NCBI GenBank assembly: GCA_028534125.1 | Contig: CM052817.1 | Coordinates: 83,454,001 to 83,518,000, forward strand | Source: Lama glama | Taxonomy: Eukaryota | Length of the DNA stretch: 64,000 bases | Direction: 5' to 3' | In this document: one piece after another, positions 23,076 through 35,880 of the stretch | How positions within the stretch are numbered: the stretch's first letter is position 1 | Layout of the letters: every line of letters begins with the position of its first letter | Notes under the pieces: generated by a model | The model's input: the letters and a program-made list of their open reading frames with translations, nothing else | What the model was told of the DNA's origin: nothing | The model's database searches: none | Position numbers and translations under genes: made by a program

Positions 23076-25204
23076 CTCTGTTAAAGAATGAATATTTGTT
23101 GCATTGATAAATGGATCTCTTATTTTATTTAGTAATAAATCCTACTTCATTTCAGAAAAGATTTGAGGCAGCTGTCTAGTTTATTATACAATGAGTTGCA
23201 GACTAAAGCTATTCAGTTGAAACATTTTTTTTTCTAAAATCTAAGTGACATCATGATCAAAAGTCTTATTTTTTAAGCATTTGTTCACATGTGCTGTTGC
23301 ACTGAGGCCCTTCACCAAGAAAGCCTCACAAACATGACCCATGTTCTTTGGAATTCTGCAGTCTGAACTAGGTCAAGAATTCATTTCAGGAAGGGAATGA
23401 TAAGATTAAAAGTTTCTATTTATAATGAATGAGGAAAAAGGAAAACAAATGAGAAAAAGGAAAAATTAGCAGTCTGGGACAGAGCAATATGTCCTATCAT
23501 GAATGTTATATAGAACCCATGGATTTGTTTTCTTTTACAAAGGGACTGTGTGGAAACCTTTGTCTCCCTTTACATCGCCTGTTACCACCATTTTGCATTT
23601 TTATAGCATATGCACCCAAAAGGCTCACAAATCCATCTCTTAAAAGTTGTTGTGTGGTAGAGGATAAGGGCTATTTTTGTTTTATTGATAGTGAATCCTT
23701 GCTAATCTTTCAAAGAATGGTTTACTCCCACAGATGCCTTTGGGATTCATTGATAACTAAGTGAGAATGTTCCAGAGACAGAGTGACCTGCAAAGAACTA
23801 TATTATAATCTTAAAAAAAAAAATTTAAAAAGGGATCAAAATTAGCCTTCAAAAGTCCAAAAATATGAAATATCATGGTTCCTTTTCTGTTTTTCCTTCT
23901 GCACAGGTAGTTTTTAACTTTCTCCCAAGAAACAATTATTTTTCACTTCTAAGAAACCCAACATAAAACAAAGAAATTCTAAAAAGCTATTGGTTTCACT
24001 TTTTCTTTAGAATTCCTGTACACCCTTGTAAAAAATTCATCTGACTCCAGTGCCAGCAAAAAGAATCTGAAATTTGATCTTCTTCTAGTAGTAAATTAAA
24101 TAAAGATTTTTAGACACCAGTCAAATTTCATACTACTTCACAGATGTTGCAATGAAAAAGGCAAAACCTGTTATGATTTCCAATTAGTAAACTACTCCTT
24201 TCCATTGCTGGGCTTGAAGCTAAACACAGGTACCATGATACATGTGGCGCTACAGAGATTTAGGCCATGTTCAGACATTACACAGGTGTCCTTCATAAAT
24301 GTCAGAGACAAAATCGACAATTCCTTAGAGATTGGAGTTTTCAGGGCTAAAGCTCTAGACACATTCATCACAGAAGCAGGCAGGATGCCATTGCCCCAAA
24401 GCAGAGCCAAGCCATGCGTGCTTAGTTACATTAAGATCTTGCAGCACATTGAGTAATCAGGGGCCCTAAAATGGAAACCCAAGCATTAGAGTAGAAAAGT
24501 CATCATGGGAAGTAAAATCACAGGCATTCAGTTTCAACTTGTGGAAGCTTATGGTAGAATTGCAGTCATTTTCTCTGGACTTTCTACAGCAAAAGGAAAT
24601 CAAATTATTCCAGGAGGAAAATATGCTGCGGTTTTCTTTTCCGAGGAAAACACAGTTTGCTCTCTCCTATTATGTTTGACTGAGGTCAGAATTGACATTG
24701 TTGCCAGTGTGTCTGCTATTAAAAGTCTTGAAAAAGCCTTTAAATAATGGCAAGTTAAAATGCAGAGCAGACAGAGAAAATCCCAAAGGCTTTATTTTTG
24801 AAGCTAATATGAATCATTCATTTATTTCAGTAGCTTGAAACATTTATGTATAAACACACTCAGAAAAATTAGTGATACTACACATAACATGAGTCATTTA
24901 AAACCTCATCTTCTTTCATGAGAAAGTCCAGTCTTTAACCTGGCTCAGTCTGAGTAAATGTTTCATTATTTAAGAGTTCATTCTATATTTTAATGGTAAA
25001 TCTGCAGCTTAGCTTCATTCTGAATGTTATTTCACCTAAAGTTTTAGCTTCCTCTGAAGCATTTAGGAATTTTTCTTTAAAGACATTTATTAAGAAAAGC
25101 CAATAGAAAAAAAAAAAACCCAAACTGAAAAAAAAAAAAGCCAATAGAATTCAGGAAGTTTATCCTAACCCAAGCATACAATTCTTAGAGAATTCCAGGA
25201 CAGT

Positions 25205-25667
25205 AATTAGTGATAGTTTAGGTTAAGCAGCTATAATAAAGACAACCGAAACTGAGTGGTTCAAACAAATGGAATTTTATTTCTCTTCTATGAAACAATT
25301 CAGATATAGATGAGTAGTCCACAAAACTACCCAGGACCCAAATCTTTGTACGTTTTCATTCTGCATCCCCTGACATAATCATACTAGCCAAATGATTAAA
25401 ACTGAGTCACCAGCAGTTGAGTGTTCCAGCCAAGAGGAATGGGGAAAAATAGAAAGTAGAGGGCAGGCAACTTCCTTTTAAAGAAGCAAGACACAAGCTG
25501 CCTACATCACTTTTGCACAGCTTTCACACAGCTACAACTGCTAGTCAAAGAAGCTAGAAGATGTAGTGCTTAGCTAGAAAGCTATGTGCCTAGCTAAAAT
25601 TCAGAGATTCTCTTCCTAAGACGAAAAAGAGAATGGATACTAGGGGGCAATTGTAGCCTCTGCCACA
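25205..25667 (-). mobile_element. MLT1J/K-like MaLR solo LTR
   Basis: ggttaagcagctataa...gcctacatcacttttgc...ggatactagggggcaattgtagcctctgccaca. Confidence 0.7.
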
Positions 25668-25669
25668 GA

Positions 25670-25892
25670 CAGTGTATCCTGAAGTGCATTAAGGAAAAAC
25701 TAGTTCCATGAAATGTCAACAGGCTTACCAAAAAACAAGTTCTTTATAGCTGGACTTAATACACTAATGGTTAAACTCTATGAGGAAGGAATAGCTTTAC
25801 TACAATTCCTAGACTGATTTGACCATGGGTCCTGTTTTTCAAAGGTCAACTCAGAGCTAATATGAGGTGGAATGCATTTTGGGAAGCACTAC
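25670..25892. mobile_element. hAT-Charlie MITE
   Basis: Termini cagtgtatcctgaagtgcatt / aatgcattttgggaagcacta form an imperfect terminal inverted repeat. Confidence 0.6.
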
Positions 25893-26634
25893 TCTGGAAT
25901 ACTACATTTAAATTCAATTAACTCTGGCTACATAGCAAAATTTGCCCAAGAGGAAAATGAAAACAGTGGCATATTCACATGCTATACTCTTTGAAAGAAC
26001 TGAATATACCTAAATACTGCATATTTGAATTCTTACAGTGAGCTCCTTGTGAAGATTAGTTTGTGAAACTATCTTGCTTTTTCCTTTAAAAGAGGGGAAA
26101 AGAATTTCTTTATGAAAGACAAAATAAATGCATATGATAGACATCCTACGTAATGGAGTGTCCAAAGGGTTAACAGTCTAGCCCAGGCTGAATCAGTAAG
26201 TATAAGACCAAGTTCATAAGACCACAAATCAAGTGGTTTAACAAATGGAATATTAATTGAACATTGTTTATGATACCAGATCAATGTCCTTTAACACACA
26301 AAGCTACAGGTCAGGGTCCAGTTAATTGGAACCCTTGTATCACCTTGTATACATGGGACTGGGGTACAAGGTGAGGCAATGGAGGCTACACAGGCCGAGA
26401 AAACAGCCTAAGACTGTTTTCTGTTCAACAGTTCACTGTTCAATTATCAACAAAGTCATCACCGGTGCTTACTTTTCTTATCTTTAAGGAAAGTCAAGTG
26501 TCTAGCATACTCTAAGGCCATTATACAAAGAGTTACTACCTAATTTTGCCATCGGGGGAATGGATTTCTATATTTGTTCAGTTCACATTGCCTATATCAA
26601 TGGTTCATTTCTCTTTGAAAGAGCACTGCTAAAA

Positions 26635-27100
26635 TTGTGGTGAAAAGGACTTTGGAACCCACCAGACCTGAGTTCAAATCCTGACTTCAGCACTTCCCAG
26701 CTATGAGACTTCAAATAAGCTATCTGACATGAGCCTAAGTCTCCCTGTCTATAATATAAAGACTATAATATCTACCTCATAAAATTTTTGTGACAATAAA
26801 ATAGGAAGTAGTATGTAGAGTACCTAGCACAATGGCTGCCACATAATAGAGGTCCTCAAATTATAAATTGTTTTTCATTCTTACCACTCTTCCCCAGAAT
26901 AGTGATTAAACCATGGATAATAAAGAGATACATACCTAAGTTTAAGGCCTTGCTCTGCCTCTTAGTAGCTACGTACCATGAACCAGTTTTTTTAATCCCT
27001 CCAGGTCCCTGTTTCCTTATCTAAAAGCCAATAATAATAGTACTTACTTTATTGGATTATTAAGGATAAAATATAATATTAAGACGTTGATCCAGTGGCA
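26635..27100 (+). mobile_element. Two tandem MIR SINEs
   Basis: agacctgagttcaaatcctgacttcagcactt...; gtttccttatctaaaa... Confidence 0.75.
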
Positions 27101-27106
27101 GGCATA

Positions 27107-27215
27107 TATTGTATTTCATCAAACCTAAGACTTCACCAACCTTAAGATACATCCTGATTTTAGAGACATGCAAATATGGAAGAAAAATATGTGCATCTTG
27201 TTGATAAAATGTGGT
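27107..27215. mobile_element. MER104-like TcMar-Tc2 MITE
   Basis: tgtatttcatcaaacctaaga...tgtgcatcttgttgataaaatgtgg with degenerate terminal inverted repeats. Confidence 0.6.
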
Positions 27216-27239
27216 AGTAAGCACTTAATACATATTAAT

Positions 27240-27660
27240 TGTTGTTATATATAATTTATTGTTAAGGAGACTTGCTTGAGACCAAGGTAAAACTTACAGA
27301 GATTGAAAAGATCAACAACTTTAGTCCTAGAGAGCTAAGTGAAATCAGGAGAGCTAACATTATGGCCACAATATAGCATGATTAACACAATCATAAAGCC
27401 ATATCTGTGGTGTGGATATACTAGAGAAGAAACCACAGTAAACTCTGGCCTAGGATTATGGGGCAGGAGATGAAGGTGATGAAGATGGAAAGAAAAAGTT
27501 TCACAAAGAATTGATTCATAAACATGGTTTTGAAGAATGAACAGAATGTTTAACAGCTAGGAATGGACATCCCAGACAGAGGAGAAAGCAACTGAAAAAT
27601 GACGAGTGTTGAGGGAACATGAGATAGCTCAGCAGTACTGGCTTGCACATCGCTTTCATG
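27240..27660 (-). mobile_element. L2 fragment
   Basis: Antisense L2 pattern (ttttgaagaatgaacagaatgtt...cccagacagagg). Confidence 0.55.
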
Positions 27661-29659
27661 TTGGAAAAGAGCGTTCACAGGAATCCACATGGCCTGCAAA
27701 GATAAGCCCTCTTCATTCCCTGAAGGGATGGCTTCCAAGTAGAGGAATTTGAATCCATTCAGAGGAGAAACATAAAATAAATGTGCGTAATCGCCTAACC
27801 CTGTAGGATAATATAAAAAAGATGAGAGAAGTCTCTAGGGCAAGAAGAAAAATAGACTTGCAGATCCTATTTCCTAAAGAAAAGTATGTACTAATCAAAG
27901 AACAAAAGATGACAAATTTGAGTGTCCACGTTTCCAAGAGACTTGTTTCAAACAAGTCTACTTGCAAATAGATCATTCTTTAAAAAAAACAAAAACACCA
28001 TTAAGCACATTTCATTTACATTCTAAATTTTAAATTTTACTTTATTATCAGTACAATGATCCCATCTTGCTGGTCCCAAATCACGTTGAGTTTTATTCTA
28101 GTTCTTATGCTAATATCAGTTTCTAAATAACAGCAATTGGATTTTGTACATATTCTGAGGTATTACATCTTTTTCAAATGTGTGGAAGATGTAATACCAA
28201 ATTTTTGGAATCAGTAGACAACCAAATTTTGATCCAAAAATTCCCATCAGAAAGATCACTATAAGAAGAACATATTATTCTTACATTAAAAAACTAATAA
28301 CCCTCATTGAGCTATTCAATGTATAGGACATGGAACCAACCTCCTTGAGTTTCTGCTGCACTCTTGAAATATTACACCTTGAGTCTTTCGTATATACCTT
28401 TTCCTGACCACTTTGCATATATAATGAAAATGCTGGAGGGCTAAGCAGAAAATGGAAAATATTGATTTTACCCATGTTGACAAATGCTGTTAACTTTTGA
28501 GTACCTCGGTTGACACTGTATGAAAAAGGGATATTCTGAGATTCTCCCTCAGATGCTGCCAAGGGCCACAGCAGGCATAAAACCCTGCTGCCACGAAGCA
28601 TATATGGAGTATGTCAAACAATAAAAACTAAAAGCAACAAACCATGGGAATAAACCCCAGATTAGGGGATTTATTCTCTACCTACAGGGTGATCCTTCCT
28701 GTAGAGATGGTATTTGAGCAGCTACCAATGGAGTCCCTTGACCCCAAGTTACTGACACCAGTGGTTTTACAGAAGCAGTGTCAGGGTTTGAATCTACCTG
28801 GCTGTTCCTCTCATCCTTTCTCCCCAACTTTGAACTATAAGTACCCAGAGGGACCAACCCTATTTTAAACTGCTCTTGACTATCAAAATCTTAGCTGAAG
28901 CTCACTGATGAATCACTGTGAAAAAGAGTGAGACTCAGCCAGATCAGAAAGGAAGAAGAGGAAAGACCGTTCGCCCAGAGCTGGCCGATGCTCACGGGCT
29001 TTCTACTCTAGACTTTTGCTGATACCATGACTTGTCTGAAGGCATTCTCAAAGTAATCTTTCTCCATTTAAAAAGCAACATCTCCCCTTTGGTTCCCTAA
29101 TCCCCAATCTCTGGTTGAGTTTTTCTGCTTTAGTTCTGTTTTCTTCTCTGAAAGAATTTCCCCAAGTTCCCAACACCTTTCTTGGTTATGTTTAGGTTTC
29201 TGCAGCAATCAGTTGGGGACAACATATAATGATTTACAGCTTTGCGGCTTTCTTTACAGACTATTTTAAGACAGAGAGGGAGATTTTCATGTCACAGAAT
29301 TGAGCTGTTACAGAAATAGAACAAGGGAAAGAATTTAACACCTTTCATTATACCCTTGCAGTTTTCCCTCCCTGTGCTTGGGGTGAGCAGTCTCCTTGGT
29401 TCTCCTCCCCTTGGGGTCATGACAGCTCTGGATCTGAGGCTTGGGCAGGCTGAAGGGGCAAGAAAGTAAGGATGCGACTGGACAGAAGGAATTAGCAGAG
29501 AATCAGTAATAACTAACTTTCCCTGTTCCCCCAGCCACTCTTTGTCTTCTGAGAGGCTTAGAAAAAATGTTTCTAGAAACAATTGTTGCTCTTTCAAAGC
29601 AGGGGGGAAAAGAGAAAAAAAGAAAGAAAGAAAATATCTTAAGAAGGAGAGGAATAAAC

Positions 29660-29880
29660 CATTCATGAGTGTCTACCACATGCCAGGAAACCTGCTAGGA
29701 ATTGTCATTAGCGTTAATTCACATCACCTACAGCCTAAATTCATTTAAGGTGGTAGTCATTATTTCCTTTGCCTATGCTGGTGAGAAAACATACTAAGAA
29801 AGATTGTGTGACTTACTCAAGGTCAAACAACTGGTAAGAGGCAGCTAGCTTGAAACTGATTTATGGACACCAAAATACCT
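29660..29880 (-). mobile_element. MIR SINE
   Basis: tgagtgtctaccacatgccagg...gtgacttactcaaggtcaaacaactggtaag. Confidence 0.75.
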
Positions 29881-29909
29881 TAAGGAAAGAGTTTTCAATG
29901 TTATGTCAC

Positions 29910-30650
29910 TATAAATATTCTATTGCTGCATAGCAAATGCCTACAAAGTTAGCAGCTTAAAACAACACCCATTTATTCTCTCAGTTATGTAAGTCAGAAG
30001 TTGTAGAGCTATTCAAATGGATTCTCTGCTCTGGGTATCACATTCAAGCTGTTAACCTGGCTGAGTTCTCATCTCTCATCTGGAGGTTTTGGGAAGAATA
30101 CAGTTCCGGGCACATTCCAGCTATTGGCCAAATTCAGCTCCTCACAGTTTTAAGACTGAGGTTCCCATTTTCTTGCTGGCTGCTGGTCAAGGGTCATCTC
30201 AGCTCCTAGAAGTTACCCTCAGGTCCTGAACACTTGGCTCTACATCTTCAAGCCACCAGTGGGGAATCTCCCTTGCATGTAAGAACTTTGACATCTACTT
30301 GCTTCTTTTTCCATTTCCCAGCTTTCCCAGAGCTGAAATATATGTGGTAACCTCACTTGGCTCTCTGTTCCAAGAGAAATTGCATCCATCTGGGGTCAGT
30401 AGCCCAGTCTTGTCCCAGGGCCAGCCCCCTAGTGTACTTTATGGGGCCAGGCAGATCAAACCTCTTTGTTTGACTACAACTGATGTTATCTCCTTGTACC
30501 TTCTGGATTCAAAGAGTCAGCCAGCCCTGGCTTCTCTCCCCAAGCTCCATGGTTCCATGTCCCCGGTTTTCCATGAGGAAGAGGATTAACCTCTATAGTT
30601 CACAATGCCAGTCATCTTTCATCGTCTCTCAAAATGTCTTTTCTCTTTTT
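29910..30650 (-). mobile_element. MLT1D/E-like LTR plus probable internal fragment
   Basis: ttctattgctgcatagcaaat...agcttaaaacaacacccatttatt...actgaggttcccattttcttgctggctg. Confidence 0.7.
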
Positions 30651-31817
30651 TCCTTCCTCCTCATAAAGATAAATTCAAGCATTCTTATCTCACTCTTCTC
30701 AACCAGTACTAAATTTAGAGATCATCTCTATAGAGCATTGCTACAGAACAGCTGTATTAAGTGCATAATATATGATTTTAAGATTAAAGGCTTTGGAGTT
30801 CTACAAATTCTAGTCAAAACATTATTAAATATTAAACAAGTCATATTAATTTTGTTTAGAGAAATTTATAAAAACATTGCAGAACCTTTTAAAGTAGCCA
30901 AAAATCAACTCCCTTTCCTCCTCCCTCTGCTGGGGTGTTGTAAAATTAATGCCACCCAAAAAGTAAACATTTGTTTTTTGCCTTATTTTTGTTCATGTAG
31001 ATTTTCACTTCCAAATTTTTTAAAAGAAAACATTTGGAGAATAATATCACTAATCATTTTCCACATGTAAATATTCATTGTGATTCATGTTCAGTTATCA
31101 TCTTAATAGCCACTGAATGTGGAATTAGCACAAGGCTTTATGAAATGGATTAAAGCAATGGCAGAACATGCAAGGGACAACAAAAAAGAAATCAGGTGAA
31201 AGGAGGTGGAGAGGGAAGAGGAGACAAGAGCCATGAAAAAGAGTTAAAAACAGAACATTAACATGCCATAGAAAAGAGCAAAGATATCAGAATCATTATG
31301 CCTTGTTGGATCAGGCAGTTTTAGTATCTTCTATGTATCTAGAGACAAGTTGCAAATAAACAGAATTATACAACTATCTGTCAAAGCTTTAAGAAATCCA
31401 CATATTAAGCCATATTAAGGTCATTGGTCTAAGTCCCATGGTTTTGACCTGAGGATCTAAGAGTAAATGCAATTAAAGGGAATTTCAGAGTCTGTAGTCA
31501 ATGTAGAGCTGCCTGTTTGGATTTATATCCATACATAGGTAACAGTATTATTCTAAAGAGTAGAAAATTGTACTTTTTTAGGCCAAAAAAAAAAAAGCCT
31601 GTGTGGTCTACTTACATACTAATGTGATTATGGTTCCTGAAGAATGAAAATTACACCAGATCAGTATTATCCTTTCAACAGCACTTTTGTCCTGAGTATT
31701 AGCAGAAGGAGCTAAAAGTATGGACATTTTCTTTAATATTTTCCTTTCTTTTTCCAGTCATTCACAGGCTTCTCATTTCTCGCAAGCCTCCCAGGTCATT
31801 TTGATGTAGTTTTTTTG

Positions 31818-32199
31818 ATGTAGGTTTCCTCGGGCCTCTGTAACAAAATACTACAGACTGGGTGGCTTAACAGCAGACATTTATTTCCTCACAATTCTGG
31901 AGGCCAGAAGTCCAAGATCAAGGGAGGGTTGGTTTCTTCTGAGGACCTTTCTCTTTGGCTTGTCCATGGCTGTCGATCTTCTCCCTGTGTCTTTACAGAG
32001 TCTGTTGTGTGTCTGTATCCTAACCTCCTCTTCTCATAAGGACACCAGCCATCTTGAGTTAGGGGGAACCCTAATGACTTCATTTTACCTCCGTTACCTC
32101 TTTGAAGACCTAATCTCCAAATAGAATCACATTCTGAGGTACTAGGGGTTAGGACTTCAACATATGGATTGGGCTGGGGACACAATTCCACCCATAACA
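31818..32199 (-). mobile_element. MLT1A-like MaLR solo LTR
   Basis: tgtaacaaaatactacagactgggtggcttaa...ggacttcaacatatgga...ggacacaattccacccataaca. Confidence 0.9.
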
Positions 32200-33989
32200 G
32201 TGGTCTTTGAGAAACTTCGCTCTGAAAAGGAATTCTTATCTGTGGAAATGTCATCTTAATCAACGATTGTTGCCCTTTTTAAGTTTTTCACGAGTGAAAA
32301 GCCTGAGAGAAGAATTTCAAAACCAGCAACTGGACAAGCAAAACCTTATTTCTGTCCTGAAATTTCATCTTCTATTTGTGACTTTCTCACATTAATTGTG
32401 ACTCTACCACTATGCCATCCATGAAGTAAACACATTGCTGTTTCCCTTTTGTTTGTTTGTTTAAAATTTGCTTAATGTGCTTCCTTTAATAAGGGGGTAA
32501 TAAAAAGTCGGGAAAATGTGGAAATAATACTATAAGCTTAGGCGAGCTCTAAGACAGCGTAACCAATGGTCTCCTGAAACTAGTATTTAAATCCTGCCTC
32601 TGCCACTCACATAATGCTAGGTTGCCTACTATTCAGCTCACTATGAACCTTAGTTTCTTAATCTGTATAATAGGAACAGTATTTTCTCTGTGGAGGCTTT
32701 GTCTGAAAGGAAAACCCAAACCTGGTGGGTGTGAGATTGGCACACTTCTGCCCCCGTTGGCCAGTTTTGGAAGTATGTGGGCAGTGGGAAGGGCAAAAAC
32801 AAAACGTGGGAACTGTGAAACATAATCCATGAGATGCCTTCCTTGTAAGGCACACTAGCTTTTTAATTGTTAATTTTCTTGCTTCCTCAGTACTCTCTCT
32901 CCTTGTACTCTCAGTAGTCCAAAACAAACAATGCCAGGAAATTTCAGGAGTCATTCAGTTACCCCAGAGGAATTGCAGTTATTTTTTTATCTTTATTTTT
33001 CCTTCTCCTATAAATCACAAGGATTTGTGGCAAATATCTTTCTGTCATTAATGAGGCCTTTTTTTATTTGTGATAAAATGCACATAGAATTTACCATCTT
33101 AACCTTTTTAAAAGCACAGTTCAATGGCACATTGTTGAGCTACCTGAAAAGAAAATAACTTTAGTTTTCCTAATTTAAAAAATAATTATGATAATTGTAA
33201 ATAGTTCAGAGGGATGTTAAAAATCAAAGTAAAAAGTTATCCCAAATTCTACCCTCAGGAAAAAAAAATCATTTTTTATTTTGACAAACAGCTGCCCTGA
33301 ATGTCTAACCTAAACATTAGCTGCAGTCCCCATGACTGGTGAGAACTACATATATTTTGGCACTGACCCTAAGTGCACTGCTTCTCCACCTCCATTCTGT
33401 GTTTTTCTGCATAGTGTCCAAGCTGGCCACTGCTCTACCCCTTCACTATGCAAAATACTTCCAATTGAGTGAAGGGTGTATGTATAGCAGAAATTACCAA
33501 TGCCTAAGACAACAGTGGAGGCAGCAGAGAAAAGCAATCAGTGTGAAATTTCATCTTATACATCCTGTTCTTTTAAAGAAAAAGTCCCTAAGCCATTACT
33601 ACTCCAAAGAAATTTTCACATACTACCATTTAGCCTCTGTGCAGCCCCCTTGCATTTCCCCTCCTGACTCTCTGGCTAGCTTCTAATCCCAACATTTCTT
33701 TCAATTTCTTATGCAGAAGAGTTCAGCTTTCTCTTTATGCCTTCCGTGCCCATCACAGCTACACCAAGGGAGCCTCATCTTCACAAGGAAACATACCGAC
33801 CTAGCACAGATGATTATCAGATTTCCCAACATGATTCATTAAATATATTTTCTTTAATAGATTTAGTGACAGCTTTATCATATCTTAAATTTCTGTATAC
33901 AAGTCCATATATGAATTCTGCTTCATTAATTCATATAGCTACTATTACATCAGACTATTTTAACTGCAAAATTTTCATAATATATTTTA

Positions 33990-34022
33990 TTATTTTTTAA
34001 ATTTTGTTTTATTGAGTTACAG
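33990..34022 (-). mobile_element. Ultra-short L1 3' terminus with 15-bp TSD
   Basis: ttttattgagttacag matches the reverse complement of the L1 end ctataactcaataaaa (one mismatch); TSD tcataatatatttta at 33975-33989 and 34023-34037. Confidence 0.8.
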
Positions 34023-34140
34023 TCATAATATATTTTAATATGCGATTGATCAAGTATCCCCTCATTAAATATCCTGTATATTCTCATGTATTTCTTCTTT
34101 CAGCTAAAATCTAATTTTGTCAAGTTTTACCCCAAATGCA

Positions 34141-34277
34141 TTTATTTTTTAATCATTTGGGGGGGGGCGCTAATTAGGTTTATTTATTTATTTTTAATGG
34201 AGATACTGGGGATTGAACTCAGGACCTCATGCATGCTAAGCACGTGCTCTACAACTGAGCTATGTATCCTGCCCCCC
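34141..34277 (-). mobile_element. tRNA-derived SINE (Vic-1-type)
   Basis: tactggggattgaactcaggacctcatgcatgctaagcacgtgctctacaactgagcta is the reverse complement of the tRNA-like head. Confidence 0.9.
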
Positions 34278-34377
34278 ATCCATAGTGCATTTTTAATTTT
34301 TTATTTATATTTAATGAAATTGTATATTATTTTTACATCACTGTGTCTTCCTATTCAAAAAAAGCTTACATATTAAC

Positions 34378-35500
34378 ATATGGAAATTAATAGCTTTTAT
34401 ACACACAGCCAATAACCACTTAGAGATGTAAGGGTAGAAAAAAGTCCATTTACAATAGCAACAAAAAGATTAAAATACTTGGGAAAATTTAGCAAGAAAT
34501 ATGCAAAATTTTTTTTAGAAAAACTTTGAAACACTCCTGAAAGACATAAAGTAAAGCTGAATAAAGGAAAAGTTTTCCCTTGTTCTTGGATAGGAAGACC
34601 CAGCATCTTAAAGATGTCAGTTGCCCCTAAGCTGATTCATGAATTTAAATGCAGTCTCTTAATATAAATACCAACACACTTTTAATGGAACTAGACTAGA
34701 CAATTGATACTTAAACTTCATGTGGAAAAATAAACATATAAGAATAGGCAGAGAACCACTGAAAAAGAAAAGCTATGATAGAGGGAGTGGTGACTAACCC
34801 TACCACATATTAAAACACCATAAACCTCTATAATTAGAACAATGTGGTATCGATGTATCAGTAGACTAGTAAAATGGAATAGAAATTTACATAATGGACT
34901 CAAGTACATATTAAACTTGAGTATGTGATTAAAGTGGTATTCCAAGTCGCTACAGAAAAAAATAGACTTTTTTCGTAAACGGGATTGAAACAGCTGTTTG
35001 GCCATTTGGAAAAATAGACAAAGTTAGATCCATACCTTGCAGTACACACACACACACTCATATACATATATCTTCCAAAGGAGAACAAAGCTAAATGTAA
35101 AAAATAAAATGACTCAATTACTAAAAGAAGACATGGTGAATTCCTCACTGATTCAGTGTAGGAAACAATGTTCTAACCATAAATAAAAATCCAGAAGCAA
35201 TTTTTAAAAGATTGATACATTTGACTCCACAATAATTAACAACTTCATTTGAAAAATAAAGGTCAAAGACAAATGACAAACAGAAAAAATATTCACAACA
35301 TAGATCATAGATAAAAGGCTAGTATCCGTAATATATGAAGAACTCCTAAAAACTGAGGGTTAAGGGATCATAAACATAACAGAAAAATGGATAAAGATGT
35401 TCATCCTCACTAATGACAAGAGAAACGCAAATTAAAACAAACACTCTCTTGGCAAAGCTTAGAGAAACGTTCGTTCTCGTATACCGCTGGTAGGAAAGGA
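34378..35500 (+). mobile_element. Old L1 (L1ME-like) ORF2 fragment
   Basis: ccatttacaatagcaacaaaaaga..aaatacttggg; aaagatgtcagtt; agacaaatgacaaac motifs. Confidence 0.8.
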
Positions 35501-35539
35501 AACATAGCAGTTAAAACAAGAACATAATAGATGAGGGGA

Positions 35540-35880
35540 GAAGCCCAGTGTTGATCCCTAGTGATAAAGATGAATAAGACACACTCCCTGTCCTTGTATG
35601 CATAGTCTCTGTCCCCTGTCTTTGAGAAGAAAACAGTGCAGTAGTTAGACACATAAAGTATAATTTTAATGAACTGTGCTAAGTGCCAGAATGTCATAAG
35701 AACAAAGAGGGCACTTAACAGACTAGAAGGGAAGGACTTCCTGAAGGAAGTGATGCCTAAAGTAGTACAGGTGAGCCAGGAGAGGAGGAAAGGGAAGAGC
35801 AAGTGCAAAGAGCTTACACTTCATCACATCAGCAAGACAGGGCCATTCTGGTGTCTCAGGAAAAGTGGTAGCACTTAATT
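35540..35880 (-). mobile_element. L2 fragment
   Basis: atgaataagacacactccctgtcctt...gaaggacttcctgaaggaagtgatgcctaa. Confidence 0.7.

Larger units (their letters stand above)
33850..34370 (-). mobile_element. Old L1 (L1ME-like) ORF2 fragment
   Basis: Degenerate antisense counterpart of the adjacent plus-strand L1 piece. Confidence 0.5.

Noticed and set aside
24192..24747. Adjacent ~80-aa ORFs in unique sequence
   Set aside because: No convincing splice sites or recognisable protein; better explained as non-coding
30483..31070. Longest ORF in the track (195 aa)
   Set aside because: Starts in LTR-internal sequence, has low-complexity I/F/L/K composition typical of AT-rich non-coding DNA, and shows no recognisable domain
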